This document shows positions 29,104 through 40,302 of a DNA stretch of 64,000 nucleotides, one piece after another. Under the pieces are notes generated by a model. It saw nothing but the letters and a program-made list of their open reading frames with translations. It did not search any database and was not told the origin of the DNA. The position numbers were made by a program, and so were the translations under genes. The DNA comes from an uncultured Planctomycetaceae bacterium (GTDB lineage Bacteria; Planctomycetota; Phycisphaerae; SM23-33), in assembly GCA_964521005.1 (NCBI GenBank), contig CAZFPT010000001.1, positions 3,122 to 67,121 of the forward strand, read 5' to 3'. The stretch's first letter is position 1, and the number at the start of each line of letters is the position of its first letter.

Positions 29104-30522
29104 ATGGATCAAAGGACGGAATCGGTGCGCGCTGAGAGCGACCCGGTGGATGACATCCTCCAGACCCTTCGCGGACGAATCGGGCCCCAGAAGTTCCGTG
29201 CCTGGTTCAAAAGCGGAACCACGCTCTCGCTGGACGATTCTCACCTGAAGGTGGCCGTCCCCAATCCGTTTGTGGCCAATTGGATCGAGACGCACTACGT
29301 TTCCGAGATCGCCTCTGCCACCGAGGACCGCCTCGGGCAGCAGCGGACGGTGATGGTGACGGTGGATCCGGAGTTGAGCGGCAAGCTCCGCAAACGCACG
29401 TTGGACGCCCAGGCGGACATGGTCACCAAGGCAACGCATGGCCGTCAGCGGAAACGCCCGACGTTCCAACCGGCACCGCTGCGATATGCGTTGAAGGAGT
29501 TCGTCGTCGGGCAGAGCAACAAGCTGGCGCACTCGGCCGCGGTTGCGGTCAGCCGGGCCGGCGAGCCGCCGTTCAATCCGCTGTTCGTTCATGGCCCGTG
29601 CGGGGTCGGCAAGACGCACCTGCTGCAGGGGATCTGCAACGGGGCTGCCACCGGGCCGAAGGGGCGGCAGATGAACTACCGCTACGTGACGGCAGAGCAG
29701 TTCACCAATGAGTTTCTCTCGGCGCTTCGGCAGAAGAAGATTGCCGAGTTCCGAGGCCGATACCGCAATCTCGACCTGCTGGCGATCGACGACGTACACT
29801 TCCTGGCCGCCAAGAAGGCCACCCAGGACGAGTTCCTCCACACCTACAACGCGATCGAGTCGCTGGGCAAGCAGATCGTGCTCGCCTCGGACGTGCATCC
29901 GCGCATGGTCGGCGAGCTCAACGAGCAGCTCACCAGCCGCTTCCTCTCGGGGATGGTCGTGAAGATCGACGCCCCCGACGAGACGACGCGAATGAAGATC
30001 CTCCAGCAGCGCGCCCGGCGGATGAAGATGGACCTCCCCCGAGACGTGCTGGAATACATCGCCACCCACGTTCGCTCGTCGGTGCGGGAGCTGGAAGGCA
30101 CGCTGGTGAAGCTGGCAGCCCTTTCGGCGCTGGGCAACGGAAGGGTGACCCTGGAGATGGCGACCGACGCGCTGGCCGAGCACCTCTCGCGAACCGACAG
30201 TGCCGTGACGCTGGGAGGCATCGAGGCGGTGGTCGCGCCGTACTTCGGGATCACGCCGGCCGACCTGCATTCCTCACGGCGGACGCGAACGGTCTCGCTG
30301 GCCCGGATGGTGGCGATGGTCCTCGCCCGCCAGCACACGCAGATGAGCTTCCCGGAAATCGGGCGGTTCATGGGCAAGAATCACTCTTCGGTCATCCTCG
30401 CCTGCAAGCGGTTTCAGAAGCTGCTCGCCGAGGGTGGCGAGGTGAAGTGGAACACACCCGGCGGGACGCGGACCATGCCCGCTGAGGCCCTTCTGGAGTT
30501 GCTCAACGAGCAGATCCGGTAG
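29104..30522 (+). CDS. dnaA: chromosomal replication initiator protein DnaA
   Basis: AAA+ Walker A 'GPCGVGKTHLL', Walker B 'LLAIDDVHFL', sensor motifs, and a C-terminal DNA-binding helix-turn-helix. Confidence 0.9.
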   Translation: MDQRTESVRAESDPVDDILQTLRGRIGPQKFRAWFKSGTTLSLDDSHLKVAVPNPFVANWIETHYVSEIASATEDRLGQQRTVMVTVDPELSGKLRKRTLDAQADMVTKATHGRQRKRPTFQPAPLRYALKEFVVGQSNKLAHSAAVAVSRAGEPPFNPLFVHGPCGVGKTHLLQGICNGAATGPKGRQMNYRYVTAEQFTNEFLSALRQKKIAEFRGRYRNLDLLAIDDVHFLAAKKATQDEFLHTYNAIESLGKQIVLASDVHPRMVGELNEQLTSRFLSGMVVKIDAPDETTRMKILQQRARRMKMDLPRDVLEYIATHVRSSVRELEGTLVKLAALSALGNGRVTLEMATDALAEHLSRTDSAVTLGGIEAVVAPYFGITPADLHSSRRTRTVSLARMVAMVLARQHTQMSFPEIGRFMGKNHSSVILACKRFQKLLAEGGEVKWNTPGGTRTMPAEALLELLNEQIR

Positions 30523-30800
30523 GAGGCGGAGGCAGAAAATGAGGGCCTGACGTGCCCGGCTGGCCGGGACGATGAGGCGGGCTTGCCTGCTCGCTCAGGA
30601 GGCCTTCGGAGGCGTTGTCAGGTGGACGTGCCGGAAGGCGCCGGCGCGGATGGACAGACCAGGGACGGGGCGTCCGGGCTTGCTGAGTCAGCCTGTCTCT
30701 TGTGCAGCAGGTTGAGGGCGGGCCCGGACGTTTTCTTTTTTCCGCGTCTCCACGCGGACGCACCTGCCGAGATGCCCGGGAACCGACCGACGCGAAGCGG

Positions 30801-31802
30801 CTATTTCGCCGCCTGCACTGCCGTGATGGCCGTGATGAGCACGATGTCGTCCACGCTGCAGCCGCGGGAGAGGTCGTTGACCGGTTTGGCCAGTCCCAGC
30901 AGCAGCGGGCCCAGGGCACTGGCGTTGCCGAGACGCTCCACCAGCTTGTAGGCGATGTTCCCGCAGGACAGATCGGGGAATACCAGCGTGTTGGCCTTGC
31001 CCGCCACGGGGGAGGATTTCGCCTTGCGCTCGGCGACGCTGGGCAGGATGGCGGCGTCGAGCTGCAGTTCGCCGTCGATTTTCAGTTCGGGTCGACGCTC
31101 CTGGGCCAGGCGGGTGGCGTCGATGACTTTCTGGACGGCCGGGCTGAAGGCAGAGCCCTTCGTGGAGAAGCTCAGCATCGCCACCTGTGGCTCGACGCCC
31201 AGGAGCGACCTGCACGCGCCGGCCGCCGCGATGGCGATGTCCGCCAGCTGCTCGACGGTCGGCTCGGGAACCACGCCCGTGTCGGCGAAAATCAGCGATC
31301 CGTCAACGCCGACCTCCTCGACGATGGTGTTCATGATGCTGCAGGAGCTGACCGTCTTGTTGCCCTCTTCCAGACCCACGCCGAACAGCCCGCTGCGGAC
31401 GGTGTCTCGCGTCGGGCAGACAGACCCGGCCACCATGCCCTCGACCTCGCCCGAACCCACCATCATCCCGCCGTAGTAGACGGGCTTGGCCAGCAGCTTG
31501 TCGGCGTCGGAGGGAGACATGTCCTTGTGCTTGCGGCGTTCGTGAAGCAGCTGGATGTACTCCTCGCGACGGTCGGCCTGCATGTGGTTGAGGATCTCGA
31601 TCCCGTCGAGGCGGATCTCCAGTTCCTTCGCCCGGGCGGCGATTTCGTCCGGGTCGCCGAGGAGGACGACTTCGGCGTATTTGTTGTCCTCGATCTTCCG
31701 GGCCGCCTGCAGCACGCGGGGGTCGTCCGACTCGGGCAGGACGATGCGCTTGTAGAGTTCGACGGCCTTTTCGGTGATTTTGTTTACGACGGTGTTGCTC
31801 AT
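30801..31802 (-). CDS. pta: phosphate acetyltransferase
   Basis: 333-aa C-terminal part of track ORF 30801..33533, beginning MSNTVVNK. Pta motifs '[11 protein letters not shown]' and 'LVFPDL..GNIAYKL'. The upstream 570 aa of that ORF are antisense read-through. Confidence 0.8.
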   Translation of the reverse strand: MSNTVVNKITEKAVELYKRIVLPESDDPRVLQAARKIEDNKYAEVVLLGDPDEIAARAKELEIRLDGIEILNHMQADRREEYIQLLHERRKHKDMSPSDADKLLAKPVYYGGMMVGSGEVEGMVAGSVCPTRDTVRSGLFGVGLEEGNKTVSSCSIMNTIVEEVGVDGSLIFADTGVVPEPTVEQLADIAIAAAGACRSLLGVEPQVAMLSFSTKGSAFSPAVQKVIDATRLAQERRPELKIDGELQLDAAILPSVAERKAKSSPVAGKANTLVFPDLSCGNIAYKLVERLGNASALGPLLLGLAKPVNDLSRGCSVDDIVLITAITAVQAAK

Positions 31803-31904
31803 GGCGTTGCCTTTGTCTCTATTGGTCATTAGGATATGGAATCTTGCATCCCCCGTCGGCAAATTGCAAGGACGGGAACCGAACCTTAACGAGAACTTTC
31901 GGAA

Positions 31905-32909
31905 ATGGGACACTGGCGCGTTCAACGAAAAGAGCTCCTGCAGGTGCAGATCGTGACCGGTCTGGCGTTGGCGGTGACGTACTTCCTGCTCTGGCCAATG
32001 CTTCGCCCGGCGGACCCGGAAGGCCCCCTGACGCTGCTGGCCGAGGGTAACGCACCGGGCATCCTGGCGATTCTGCTGGTGATGGCCGTCCTGGCGGCGA
32101 TCACGTCGGCGGTGACGGTACACTCGCGCCCGGTCGGGTCGATCGTGGCGGCGCTGCTGGGAACCGGCGGGTTGTGCATGCACTCCCCGCCGCTCAAGGC
32201 CTTGCTCTGGGCCCGGGAGGGCGAGTTCGGCGGCCTGTTCACGGGGTTCATCTTCGAGCTTCTGGCGCTGTCGGTGGGCGTGATTGTCGTCTGCCTGGTG
32301 GTGGGGCTCGTGCGACAGGGCATCGCGGGGATCAACCCGGGCTGGGTCTGGCGCGATCCGCTCATGGGTGACAAGACGCCCGGCGTGGGATCCTCCGAGC
32401 CCCGCAAGCGTCGTGTGAACTTCGCCGACCCCGTCTCCGCCCTGATGGAGATCATCGGCCGGCACGGCAGCCAGCACTACGGAAAGAAACGGTCGGCCCT
32501 GGACGAGGCGAAGGCGTTGGCCGGTTGCCTGCTGCTCTCGGCTGTCCTTGGGGTGACGTTGTACATGATCCTGGTCCAGTCGCGCGAGCGGGGGCAGGTG
32601 CTTTTCGCGTTGCTTGCGAGCTTCACCGTGGCGGTGCTGATCGCCCATCAGGCCTCCCCGACGTCGCTGGCCGGTCCGCTTCTGGCGATGCCCGTCGTTC
32701 TGGGCGTGGTGATCTACCTGCTGGGCATGTTTGCCTCGACCGGTGCCGCCGGCGCGCACAACGCGTGGCTGCGCGTGCCTCCTTACGCCCACGCGCTTCC
32801 GTTGGACTGGATCACCGCCGGAGTCGGCGGAGCGGGGCTGGGGTTCTGGATCAGTTCGCGAATCCACGAGCTTCGTCACATGGAAAAACGAGAACAACAG
32901 GCTGCATGA
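31905..32909 (+). CDS. hypothetical polytopic membrane protein
   Basis: About 8 hydrophobic helices and high GC3. No recognisable family. Confidence 0.4.
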   Translation: MGHWRVQRKELLQVQIVTGLALAVTYFLLWPMLRPADPEGPLTLLAEGNAPGILAILLVMAVLAAITSAVTVHSRPVGSIVAALLGTGGLCMHSPPLKALLWAREGEFGGLFTGFIFELLALSVGVIVVCLVVGLVRQGIAGINPGWVWRDPLMGDKTPGVGSSEPRKRRVNFADPVSALMEIIGRHGSQHYGKKRSALDEAKALAGCLLLSAVLGVTLYMILVQSRERGQVLFALLASFTVAVLIAHQASPTSLAGPLLAMPVVLGVVIYLLGMFASTGAAGAHNAWLRVPPYAHALPLDWITAGVGGAGLGFWISSRIHELRHMEKREQQAA

Positions 32910-32963
32910 TCGCCGGCCTGCGGGCCGACCACGAAAGACGCACACAGAGAGGACGAAAACGAC

Positions 32964-33740
32964 ATGGCCAAACCCACCATCGGCGCCCAACTGTACACCT
33001 GCCGCGAGTTTCTCAAGGATCTCGACGGCGTACGCGAGACCTTCAAGAAGGTCAAGGACATCGGCTACACCCACGTTCAGATCTCCGGGATGGGGCCGGT
33101 CGATCCCTACGAGGTCGCCAAGATCCTGCGGGATACCGGGCTGAAATGCTCCTGCACGCACATGGGTTGGAGCAAGTTCAAGGAGAACCTCGACGAGGTG
33201 ATCGACACCCACAAGGCGTGGGACTGCGTCCACACCGCCATCGGTTCGCTGGGCGGGGGCGACTACTTCAGCCCCGACGGCGTCAAGCGGTTCGCCGAGG
33301 AACTCGAACCCATCGCCCGCAAGCTGGCCGATGAGGGGATGGACTTCTCCTTCCACAACCACAACCTCGAACTCCAGAAGATGCCCGACGGCCGAACCTG
33401 GCTGGAGACGCTCTACCAGGACATTCCCGGCGAGTTGCTCAAAGCCGAGATCGACACCTACTGGATCGTCGCCGGCGGCGGAGACCCCGTGCAGTACATC
33501 AACATGTGTGCCGGCCGGCAGCCCCTGGTGCACTTCAAGGACATGGTCATTACGCCCGATCGCGAGATCCGGATGGCCGAGATCGGCGAAGGCAACCTCA
33601 ACTGGTCGGCCATCATCGACGCCTGCGACGCCGGCGGCGTGGAATATGCCCTCGTCGAGCAGGACCAGACCTACGATCGCACGCCGCTGGAGTCGCTCGA
33701 GATCAGCTACCGCAACCTCACGAGCATGGGCCTGAGCTAG
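32964..33740 (+). CDS. sugar phosphate isomerase/epimerase (xylose isomerase-like TIM barrel)
   Basis: 'AQLYTCREF', 'IGYTHVQIS', 'FSFHNH' and 'VEQD' are typical of the AP endonuclease 2 / xylose isomerase-like fold. Confidence 0.65.
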   Translation: MAKPTIGAQLYTCREFLKDLDGVRETFKKVKDIGYTHVQISGMGPVDPYEVAKILRDTGLKCSCTHMGWSKFKENLDEVIDTHKAWDCVHTAIGSLGGGDYFSPDGVKRFAEELEPIARKLADEGMDFSFHNHNLELQKMPDGRTWLETLYQDIPGELLKAEIDTYWIVAGGGDPVQYINMCAGRQPLVHFKDMVITPDREIRMAEIGEGNLNWSAIIDACDAGGVEYALVEQDQTYDRTPLESLEISYRNLTSMGLS

Positions 33741-33785
33741 ACCAGCCGCCCGGGCGCCTTGGGCGGCATCGAGGTCGGTTGACTG

Positions 33786-34499
33786 TCACTCGGCCTCGGG
33801 CAGGGGGGGCTTGCCCAGTCGTCGGCGGATGTCGGCCTGCATGTCCACGATGGAGGTCCGCACGCTGCGGAGGAGCTGCTCAGCCGACAGTTCACGTGCC
33901 TGGCTGCGCGGAATCGGCGGGGCGTACTGGACCACGATGTGCGCCCCGAGCGATGGCAGGGGCTGGGTGCGGGGCCAGGCTTCGTAGGCGCCCTCGATGC
34001 AGACGGGCACGATCCAGTCGGCCGACCGTTGGGCGATCATGGCGACCCCGGGCATGAACCGCCCGACGTTTCCGTCGCGGGTGCGGGTTCCCTCGGCGTA
34101 GATGGTGACGGCCCCGCCGCCTTTGAGACGTCGCATCGCCTCCTTGATGGCGCCGGTGTCGGCCTTGCCGCGTTTGACGGGGAAGGCGTTGACCGAGCGG
34201 ATCCACCGACCCAGCCCGGGCGCCTCGAAGAGTGAGTCGCGGGCCATGTAATTCATCGGCCGAACCAGCCCGAAACCCACCAGCATCGGGTCCAGGAAGC
34301 TCTGGTGGTTGGAGATGTACAGCGTCCCGCCGCTTGGCGGTTCGAGGTGGCGGTTGAACACGCGAATGCGCCACAGGGCCGATGCCCCGGCCCGCATGAG
34401 TCCGCGGTTGAAGCGATACCACCGACCCGCCTGCGGGACCGACTCGCCCCAAGGCTGTTGCGTCAGTTGCGGGTTCGGACGCGATTCGATCGGTCTCAT
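33786..34499 (-). CDS. plsC: 1-acyl-sn-glycerol-3-phosphate acyltransferase
   Basis: 'NHQSFLDP' (HX4D) and 'YAEGTRT' acyltransferase motifs. Start is MRPIES (M165 of the track ORF), overlapping the cmk stop as ATGA. Confidence 0.75.
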   Translation of the reverse strand: MRPIESRPNPQLTQQPWGESVPQAGRWYRFNRGLMRAGASALWRIRVFNRHLEPPSGGTLYISNHQSFLDPMLVGFGLVRPMNYMARDSLFEAPGLGRWIRSVNAFPVKRGKADTGAIKEAMRRLKGGGAVTIYAEGTRTRDGNVGRFMPGVAMIAQRSADWIVPVCIEGAYEAWPRTQPLPSLGAHIVVQYAPPIPRSQARELSAEQLLRSVRTSIVDMQADIRRRLGKPPLPEAE

Positions 34500-35161
34500 G
34501 AGCGGGCCTCCTTGACGTGCTGTTCCAGGGCGTTCAAGGTCTGCTCGGGCGAAAGATCCGTCGTGTCGATCTCGATGGCGCCCTCGGGCTCCACCAACGG
34601 GCCAACCGGGCGGGTGCGATCGTTGTGGTCGCGCTGCTCGATGGCGTCGAGCACCGCCTGGTAGGAGACGTCCTCTCCGGCGTTGCGCAGTTCGGCCAGG
34701 CGACGCTCGGCCCGGACGGCTGGGTCCGCCTGCAGGAAGAACTTCACGTCGGCGTCGGGGAACACGACCGATCCCTGGTCGCGCCCTTCGGTCACGAAGC
34801 TGCCCAGTTGCCCGCCGATGCTGCGTTGCAGCTCGACAAGCACCTCGCGCACCTGGGGGGAATTCGCCAGGTGGCGAACATTGTCGGTCACGCGCGACGT
34901 GCGGATATCCCGGCTGACGTCCTGGCCGTCCAGCCGCACGCGAAGTTCGCCGCCGTCGGGGTCCAGCTCGATCCGGGCCTGGCGAGCGCACCGCGCGAGG
35001 GCGGCCTTGTCGTTGAGATCCACGCCTTCCCGCAGCGCGCGGAGGGTGGCGGCCCGGTAGGTCGCCCCGGTATCCAGGAAGGCTACGTCCAGTCGTCTGG
35101 CCAGGTTGCGGGCGGCGGTGCTTTTGCCGGACCCGGCCGGTCCGTCGATGGTGATAATCAT
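34496..35161 (-). CDS. cmk: cytidylate kinase
   Basis: 'IITIDGPAGSGKST' P-loop and typical Cmk length and motifs. Confidence 0.85.
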   Translation of the reverse strand: MIITIDGPAGSGKSTAARNLARRLDVAFLDTGATYRAATLRALREGVDLNDKAALARCARQARIELDPDGGELRVRLDGQDVSRDIRTSRVTDNVRHLANSPQVREVLVELQRSIGGQLGSFVTEGRDQGSVVFPDADVKFFLQADPAVRAERRLAELRNAGEDVSYQAVLDAIEQRDHNDRTRPVGPLVEPEGAIEIDTTDLSPEQTLNALEQHVKEARS

Positions 35162-35204
35162 GGTCGGGGCATTCTAGCGAACCGGCCTGTCGGACGCCAG
35201 CGCC

Positions 35205-35669
35205 TCAGCGGGCGCGGGGAACCGCAAGTCGATAGCGACATTTCCGGCGGTCTCCTCGCTGGTACATCTCGCAGCCGGGAGGTACGTCGACGATTCCCAT
35301 CAACTCGGCGCCGAGGATCTCGCAGGTCCGCCGGGAGGGAGTGTTGTCCGGGTTGACGGTGATCCAGAGCTCCGCAAAGCCATGCCGCGCCGCCAGCGGA
35401 AGCAGGAGCTTGCACGAACGGGCCGCGTACCGCCTGCCGCGAAAGGGCGGATCCACGCCATAGCCGATGTGGCCGGCGTAGAACCTGAGGAACTCGGTAT
35501 CGCCCACGCGCAGGCTGATCCGCCCCATCTTCTCGCCCGTCTCATCGTGGACCATGTGGAACTCGTAGGCGGGCACCAGGCCGCGCCGGGGGTCGGCAGG
35601 GCAGGTGCGATGGAGCATCAACGCCAGCTCGCCGTCGATCATGGGGTCGGGATCAAGGAATCGAAACAT
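35205..35669 (-). CDS. GNAT-family N-acetyltransferase
   Basis: 'GYGVDPPFRGRRYAARSCKLLL' matches acetyltransferase motif A. Start is MFRFLD (M17 of the ORF). Confidence 0.5.
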   Translation of the reverse strand: MFRFLDPDPMIDGELALMLHRTCPADPRRGLVPAYEFHMVHDETGEKMGRISLRVGDTEFLRFYAGHIGYGVDPPFRGRRYAARSCKLLLPLAARHGFAELWITVNPDNTPSRRTCEILGAELMGIVDVPPGCEMYQRGDRRKCRYRLAVPRAR

Positions 35670-35718
35670 GGGTTTTTCTCCCCCGCGCCGCGAACCGGTG
35701 CGGGCTTCGCCTCCCATT

Positions 35719-36873
35719 TTACTCGCCCGACTCGCGGCGGGTCCCCGAACGCTGCTGGTATCGCGAGCGGAACTCCGCCGGCGGCTGACCCGTATGGCGT
35801 TTGAAGATGTCCGTGAAACGAACCTTGTTGGTGAACCCGCTTTGCAGCGCGACCGATTCGACGGTGGAGTCCGTGCGGATCAGAAGCTGTCTGGCACGCT
35901 CAATCCGCTGTCGGTGGATTTCCTTCAGCGGCGTTCGCCCGAGGTGTTCGCGGAAGCGGACCTCCAGCACCCGCCGCGAAACGGGGACAGCCTCGATCAG
36001 ATCGCCCACGTTGATCTGCTCGTGAACGTGTGCCGCGATGAACCGCAGCGCCGATCGGACCACCTCGTCCTCGACGGCGAACGTGTCCGACGATTGGCGG
36101 GCGATGACCGTCTCGGGGGGAACCAGCACCGTCCGGGGTTGCTCCACGTGGTAGCCGATGCCTTCGTCGATGAGCGAGTAGAGCGTCTCGGCTGCGCGGT
36201 ATCCCAACAGCCGCCACGGGATGCGCACGCTGGAGATGGTCGGTCGAAGTACTTCGCAGATCCGCGGGGTATCGCCCACTCCCACGACGGCAAGGTCCTC
36301 CGGGACGGGAACGTCTTCCTCCTCGGCTGCCAGCACGACCTCCATGGCGATATCGTCCAGCGTCGCCAGCAGGCCCACCGGTTTGGGCAGGTCCGCCAGC
36401 CACCGGCGGAACTCACCACGCACGGCGGAGTCCGAGAGAAGGGCGTCGCGCGTCCAGGTGTGGCATTCCAGCCCGGCGGCCCGGACGCTCGACTCGAAGG
36501 CCTCCTGACGCTCGACGGCGAAGTGTTCCCAGTTGCGCGAGACCACTGCGAAGCGGCGGTATCCCTTCGCCTGCAGGTGGCTGGCGGCCAACTCGCCGAT
36601 GGCCCGGCTGTCGGCGACCACGCTGGTGACGCCCGGCTCGGCGAGCACCCCAGAGACATTCACCACCGGCAGATCCAACCCGGCGAGCGATTCGACGTTA
36701 CGACGGGTGCTCAAGTGCCCGATCACGCCCCGAGCGCCCTGCCGCATCTGGGCGAGTCGGGAAAAATCACTGCTGCGGATCTGGGCGGCGGCGTCGTGGG
36801 TCTTTACGTAGTCGGCCACGCCGAGCGCGACGTCGTCGTATACCCCCGCGCAAAGGATGGTGGGTATGTCCAT
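35719..36873 (-). CDS. XylR-type transcriptional regulator (periplasmic-binding-like sensor + AraC HTH)
   Basis: N-terminal LacI/PBP-like sugar-binding fold and C-terminal AraC HTH 'VGDLIEAVPVSRRVLEVRFREHLGRTPLKEI...GFTNKVRFTDIFKRHTGQPPAEFR'. Start is MDIPTIL (M30), with a GGAGAT RBS. Confidence 0.7.
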   Translation of the reverse strand: MDIPTILCAGVYDDVALGVADYVKTHDAAAQIRSSDFSRLAQMRQGARGVIGHLSTRRNVESLAGLDLPVVNVSGVLAEPGVTSVVADSRAIGELAASHLQAKGYRRFAVVSRNWEHFAVERQEAFESSVRAAGLECHTWTRDALLSDSAVRGEFRRWLADLPKPVGLLATLDDIAMEVVLAAEEEDVPVPEDLAVVGVGDTPRICEVLRPTISSVRIPWRLLGYRAAETLYSLIDEGIGYHVEQPRTVLVPPETVIARQSSDTFAVEDEVVRSALRFIAAHVHEQINVGDLIEAVPVSRRVLEVRFREHLGRTPLKEIHRQRIERARQLLIRTDSTVESVALQSGFTNKVRFTDIFKRHTGQPPAEFRSRYQQRSGTRRESGE

Positions 36874-37098
36874 TTGATCTCCCTGGTTGGAACGAAGCAT
36901 GGCTGGGTGACCATGCGGAGCGGAAAACATTACCATAAAAACGTTACGTATATTGCGCATTTTAATGAAGGCGTGGAGAAATGCAACGTGTTTAACTCAG
37001 AAGGAAGCTCGATGTGTGTTCTGCCGCGGCAGGGCGTCTGTCGCTGGGGGGCGGTTTGCTGTCGCACGCGCACCAACCACCAACAAGGAGAGAGCGAA

Positions 37099-39447
37099 AT
37101 GGGCATGTGGATCAAGGCAGGTCGGCTGACGATGCTGTTGGCGGTGACGTTCGTGATGGCGACGACGGCGGTGTCTGCCGACGACTACAACGCCGTTCTC
37201 ACGCTGGAGACCATCGCCGGCGGCAGGGCGGATCTGATCCTGGAATTCCCGGTGCGCGACGGCGAATGGGGCAAAACCGCCTGGGGCGAAGCCATCTGGT
37301 TCAACCGCAGCCACCACTTCGCTCAGGTGGAGTCCAGCAAGCTCACCGACGGCAAACACGTCATCGAGATGGACCTGACCATCCAGGGCGACCCGTGGGT
37401 GCCCGGCGCGAAAGGACCGGTCACGCTCACGCTGAAACGCGAGGGGACCTCCTACAGCGGGACGTACGCCGGCAAACTGGGCGGCAAGGACGTCTCGGGC
37501 AAGGTCCACGGAACCGTCGGGCCGGCCTGGCCGACGCCGATCAAGAACGTCACCCCCGCCAAGCCCGGCGAACACCCCAAGCTGATCTTCCGCAAAGGCG
37601 AGTTGAAAGAGCTTCGTCGCCGCGCCAAGGAGACACCCGAGGGCAGAGCGATCATGGCCAGGACCATGAAGATGCTCGACGCGAAGTACAAACAGGAGGC
37701 CGACAAGCGGACGAACTGGCCGGCGATCGGGTACGGGTTCGCCTGGCAGATCACCGGCGAGAAGAAGTATGCCGACAAGGCCCGCGAGATCATCGAAAAG
37801 ACCATGTTCCAGAACCCCGCCGGCCGACGCGGGCAGGGGATCGGGCAGGACATCCATCACGCCCCGCGCCTGCAGGGGCTGGCGCTGACGTACGACCTCT
37901 GTTACGACGCCTGGGACGCCGATTTCCGCGCGAGGGTCGTCGGCGACATCCAGCAGCGTGTCCGTGAGTTGCGGGCCGGCAAGTTCGGCGGGGGGAAGAT
38001 GCGCGGGTTCAACCCCAATTGGTGGTCGAACCACAACGGCATCCGCGCCGGGTGCATGGGGCTGGGCGCCCTGGCGGTGATCGGCGAGAAGAACGCCGAG
38101 GGCAAAACGCTGGAAGACGCCGAGCAGATCATCGCCGAGGCAGCCCGTGGCGTGCGGATGTATTACACGATGGGCGTCAGCGGATCGGGCTGGAACATGG
38201 AAGGCGCGTTTTACAAGGTCATGACGATGCGGCGGGGGCTGGTCCATTTCGTGCAGGCCTACAACAAGACGATGGGCGAGGATTTTCTGGCCGGGCCTGT
38301 GGGCGATTTCGACATGGTCAATTACTTCATCGAGAACGAGCCGGGCAAGGGTTGGCCGAAGCTGGACGGGGTGGTCTGGACGGTCGACCTGGTGACGGTT
38401 CCCGACGGCATGATGCCCGGCGTGAAGCACATCTGGGACCGCACCGTCGGGTTGAAGGGCAACAGGACCTTCGGGATCGACCACAGCATGAACGCCGCCT
38501 ACGCCCTGACGAACTACCCGTTCGACGTCAAGGCTGCCGAGCCGACCGAGAGCATCCGCTGGGTCGCCCCGGACCCGCGCAAGGGTCACTACGTCTTCCG
38601 CCCGACGTATCGTGACAAGGACGACGTTCTGGTCGTGTTGAATCTCAAGTCGCGCATTCTTGCCGGCTGTCACTACGAGCGGTCCGGCGAGGTCTCGGAG
38701 TTTCACCTGCGAAGCAACGGTGTGAAGTGGATCAGCGGAACGTACCTGCCGAAGGTGATGGACATCCCCGCCGGGAACGATCTGCACGGGCCGGTGGTCG
38801 TCGCCGAGAGCGACCTGGGCGAGAAGACCTACGCCATGGACATGAAGCTGGACCACGCCTATTTCACCATGGGACGGGGCAAGACCCCGCCGCGCGGAAC
38901 CGAGTTCGTGAAGATTCCCAACTGGGGCAAGCCGTTGATCGACCGCGGGATCCGCGGGACGCGATCGATGATCGTGGACTGCTCCGGCAAGAGCGGCTGT
39001 GACGTGTTGATCGCCATGCGCGACGTGATCCGCCGCAAGACCGACGACGGCTACGAGCCGGTCAAGACGCGATGGACGCTGCCGCTGGACAAGAAGGCCG
39101 GCAAACTGGAGATCGAGGGCAACCGGTTCACGATGTCCAACGACGGCGATGCCGTGCTTTCGGGCATGCTCGTCGGCGACGTGCAGATCGGTCGAAAGGA
39201 GCCCAAGAAGCAGGCCAAGCCCAAGGTGAACGTGCCCGACTGGGTCAAAAAGGCCAGGAACATCAAGACCGACGTACTGCCGCCCAAGAGCCTCCACGCC
39301 GACGGGACCGGCCCGTGGTGGGTGGTGATCGGGATCTCCGACGGCAAACCCGCCCAGATCAAGGTCAGCGGCGCGGGAGAAAAGACGGCCGTGACGGTCG
39401 GCAAGCGAACGATTACACTCAAGGACGGTTCGCTGCATATCGAGTAG
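37099..39447 (+). CDS. secreted polysaccharide-lyase-like protein (alginate-lyase/heparinase II/III-like alpha/alpha toroid suspected)
   Basis: AAGGAG RBS and signal peptide 'MGMWIKAGRLTMLLAVTFVMATTAVSA'. A helical central region contains 'NPNWWSNHNG'. It is the 782-aa C-terminal part of track ORF 35605..39447. The family assignment is tentative. Confidence 0.4.
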   Translation: MGMWIKAGRLTMLLAVTFVMATTAVSADDYNAVLTLETIAGGRADLILEFPVRDGEWGKTAWGEAIWFNRSHHFAQVESSKLTDGKHVIEMDLTIQGDPWVPGAKGPVTLTLKREGTSYSGTYAGKLGGKDVSGKVHGTVGPAWPTPIKNVTPAKPGEHPKLIFRKGELKELRRRAKETPEGRAIMARTMKMLDAKYKQEADKRTNWPAIGYGFAWQITGEKKYADKAREIIEKTMFQNPAGRRGQGIGQDIHHAPRLQGLALTYDLCYDAWDADFRARVVGDIQQRVRELRAGKFGGGKMRGFNPNWWSNHNGIRAGCMGLGALAVIGEKNAEGKTLEDAEQIIAEAARGVRMYYTMGVSGSGWNMEGAFYKVMTMRRGLVHFVQAYNKTMGEDFLAGPVGDFDMVNYFIENEPGKGWPKLDGVVWTVDLVTVPDGMMPGVKHIWDRTVGLKGNRTFGIDHSMNAAYALTNYPFDVKAAEPTESIRWVAPDPRKGHYVFRPTYRDKDDVLVVLNLKSRILAGCHYERSGEVSEFHLRSNGVKWISGTYLPKVMDIPAGNDLHGPVVVAESDLGEKTYAMDMKLDHAYFTMGRGKTPPRGTEFVKIPNWGKPLIDRGIRGTRSMIVDCSGKSGCDVLIAMRDVIRRKTDDGYEPVKTRWTLPLDKKAGKLEIEGNRFTMSNDGDAVLSGMLVGDVQIGRKEPKKQAKPKVNVPDWVKKARNIKTDVLPPKSLHADGTGPWWVVIGISDGKPAQIKVSGAGEKTAVTVGKRTITLKDGSLHIE

Positions 39448-39468
39448 TCTCGGCCGATCGGAGAGAGA

Positions 39469-40302
39469 ATGAGACTTGGCGGGAAGGTGTTTCGCAAGAC
39501 CGGCACGCCGGCGGAGTGGGTGGCCGCTCACAAGGAACTGGGCTATCGGGCGGCGTATTGCCCGGTGAGCGCCGATGACGACGACGCCACCATCGACGCC
39601 TACGTGCAGGCGGCCGACCGGGCGGATATCGTCATCGCGGAAGTCGGTGCGTGGAGCAACCCGATCTCCAGGGATCCCGACGCCCGGCGGGCGAATATCG
39701 AGAAATGCATCCGCCAGCTACGCCTTGCCGATCGCGTGGGCGCGCGATGCTGCGTGAATATCGCCGGGTCGCGCGGGACGGGGTGGCATGGGCCGTCGCC
39801 CGAGGACATCACCGACGAGACGTTCGACATCATCGTCGAGACCGTCCGGGAGATCATCGACGCCGCCCAGCCGACGCGAACCGTCTACGCCCTCGAAGCG
39901 ATGGGCTGGGCGATTCCGGACTCCCCGCAGTGCTATCTCGACGTGTTGGCCGCCATCGACCGCGACGGGTTCGGCGTCCATCTGGACCCGGTGAACATGG
40001 TCAACTCGCCGCGTCGCTGTTTCCGCAACGCCGAACTCATCACCGAGTGCTTCGAGGTGCTCGGCCCGCACATTCGCTCGGTACACGCCAAGGATGTCAC
40101 ATTGGGTACCGGCCTGTTGGTGCACCTGGATGAGTGTCGCCCCGGAACCGGCGAGCTGGACTACCCGACGCTGCTGCGGGAGATGGACAAGCTCCCGCCC
40201 GACACGCCATTGATGCTCGAACACCTCCCCGACGCCGCGGAGTACGCCGCGGCGGCCGACTACATCCGCCAGGTCGCCGACGGCGAGGGCATCGAGCTTT
40301 GA
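39469..40302 (+). CDS. sugar phosphate isomerase/epimerase (xylose isomerase-like TIM barrel)
   Basis: 'YALEAMGW' and 'HAKD' motifs and the TIM-barrel pattern. Second paralog in the window. Confidence 0.6.
   Translation: MRLGGKVFRKTGTPAEWVAAHKELGYRAAYCPVSADDDDATIDAYVQAADRADIVIAEVGAWSNPISRDPDARRANIEKCIRQLRLADRVGARCCVNIAGSRGTGWHGPSPEDITDETFDIIVETVREIIDAAQPTRTVYALEAMGWAIPDSPQCYLDVLAAIDRDGFGVHLDPVNMVNSPRRCFRNAELITECFEVLGPHIRSVHAKDVTLGTGLLVHLDECRPGTGELDYPTLLREMDKLPPDTPLMLEHLPDAAEYAAAADYIRQVADGEGIEL

Noticed and set aside
30711-30760. Possible terminator downstream of dnaA (T-run TTTTCTTTTTT at about 30731-30741 next to the palindrome CCGCGTCTCCACGCGG)
   Set aside because: The T-run precedes rather than follows the hairpin on the plus strand, and an A-run follows it on the minus strand. 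The geometry is not a canonical intrinsic terminator, so it is left uncalled.
31803-33533. The upstream 570 aa of the 910-aa track ORF 30801..33533
   Set aside because: This stretch is antisense to the membrane-protein and isomerase genes on the plus strand. Only the C-terminal 333 aa (from MSNTVVNK) match phosphate acetyltransferase.
35605-37098. The N-terminal 498 aa of the 1280-aa track ORF 35605..39447
   Set aside because: This stretch is antisense to the XylR-like gene, which has clear HTH motifs. The real protein starts at the RBS-preceded ATG at 37099, with a signal peptide.
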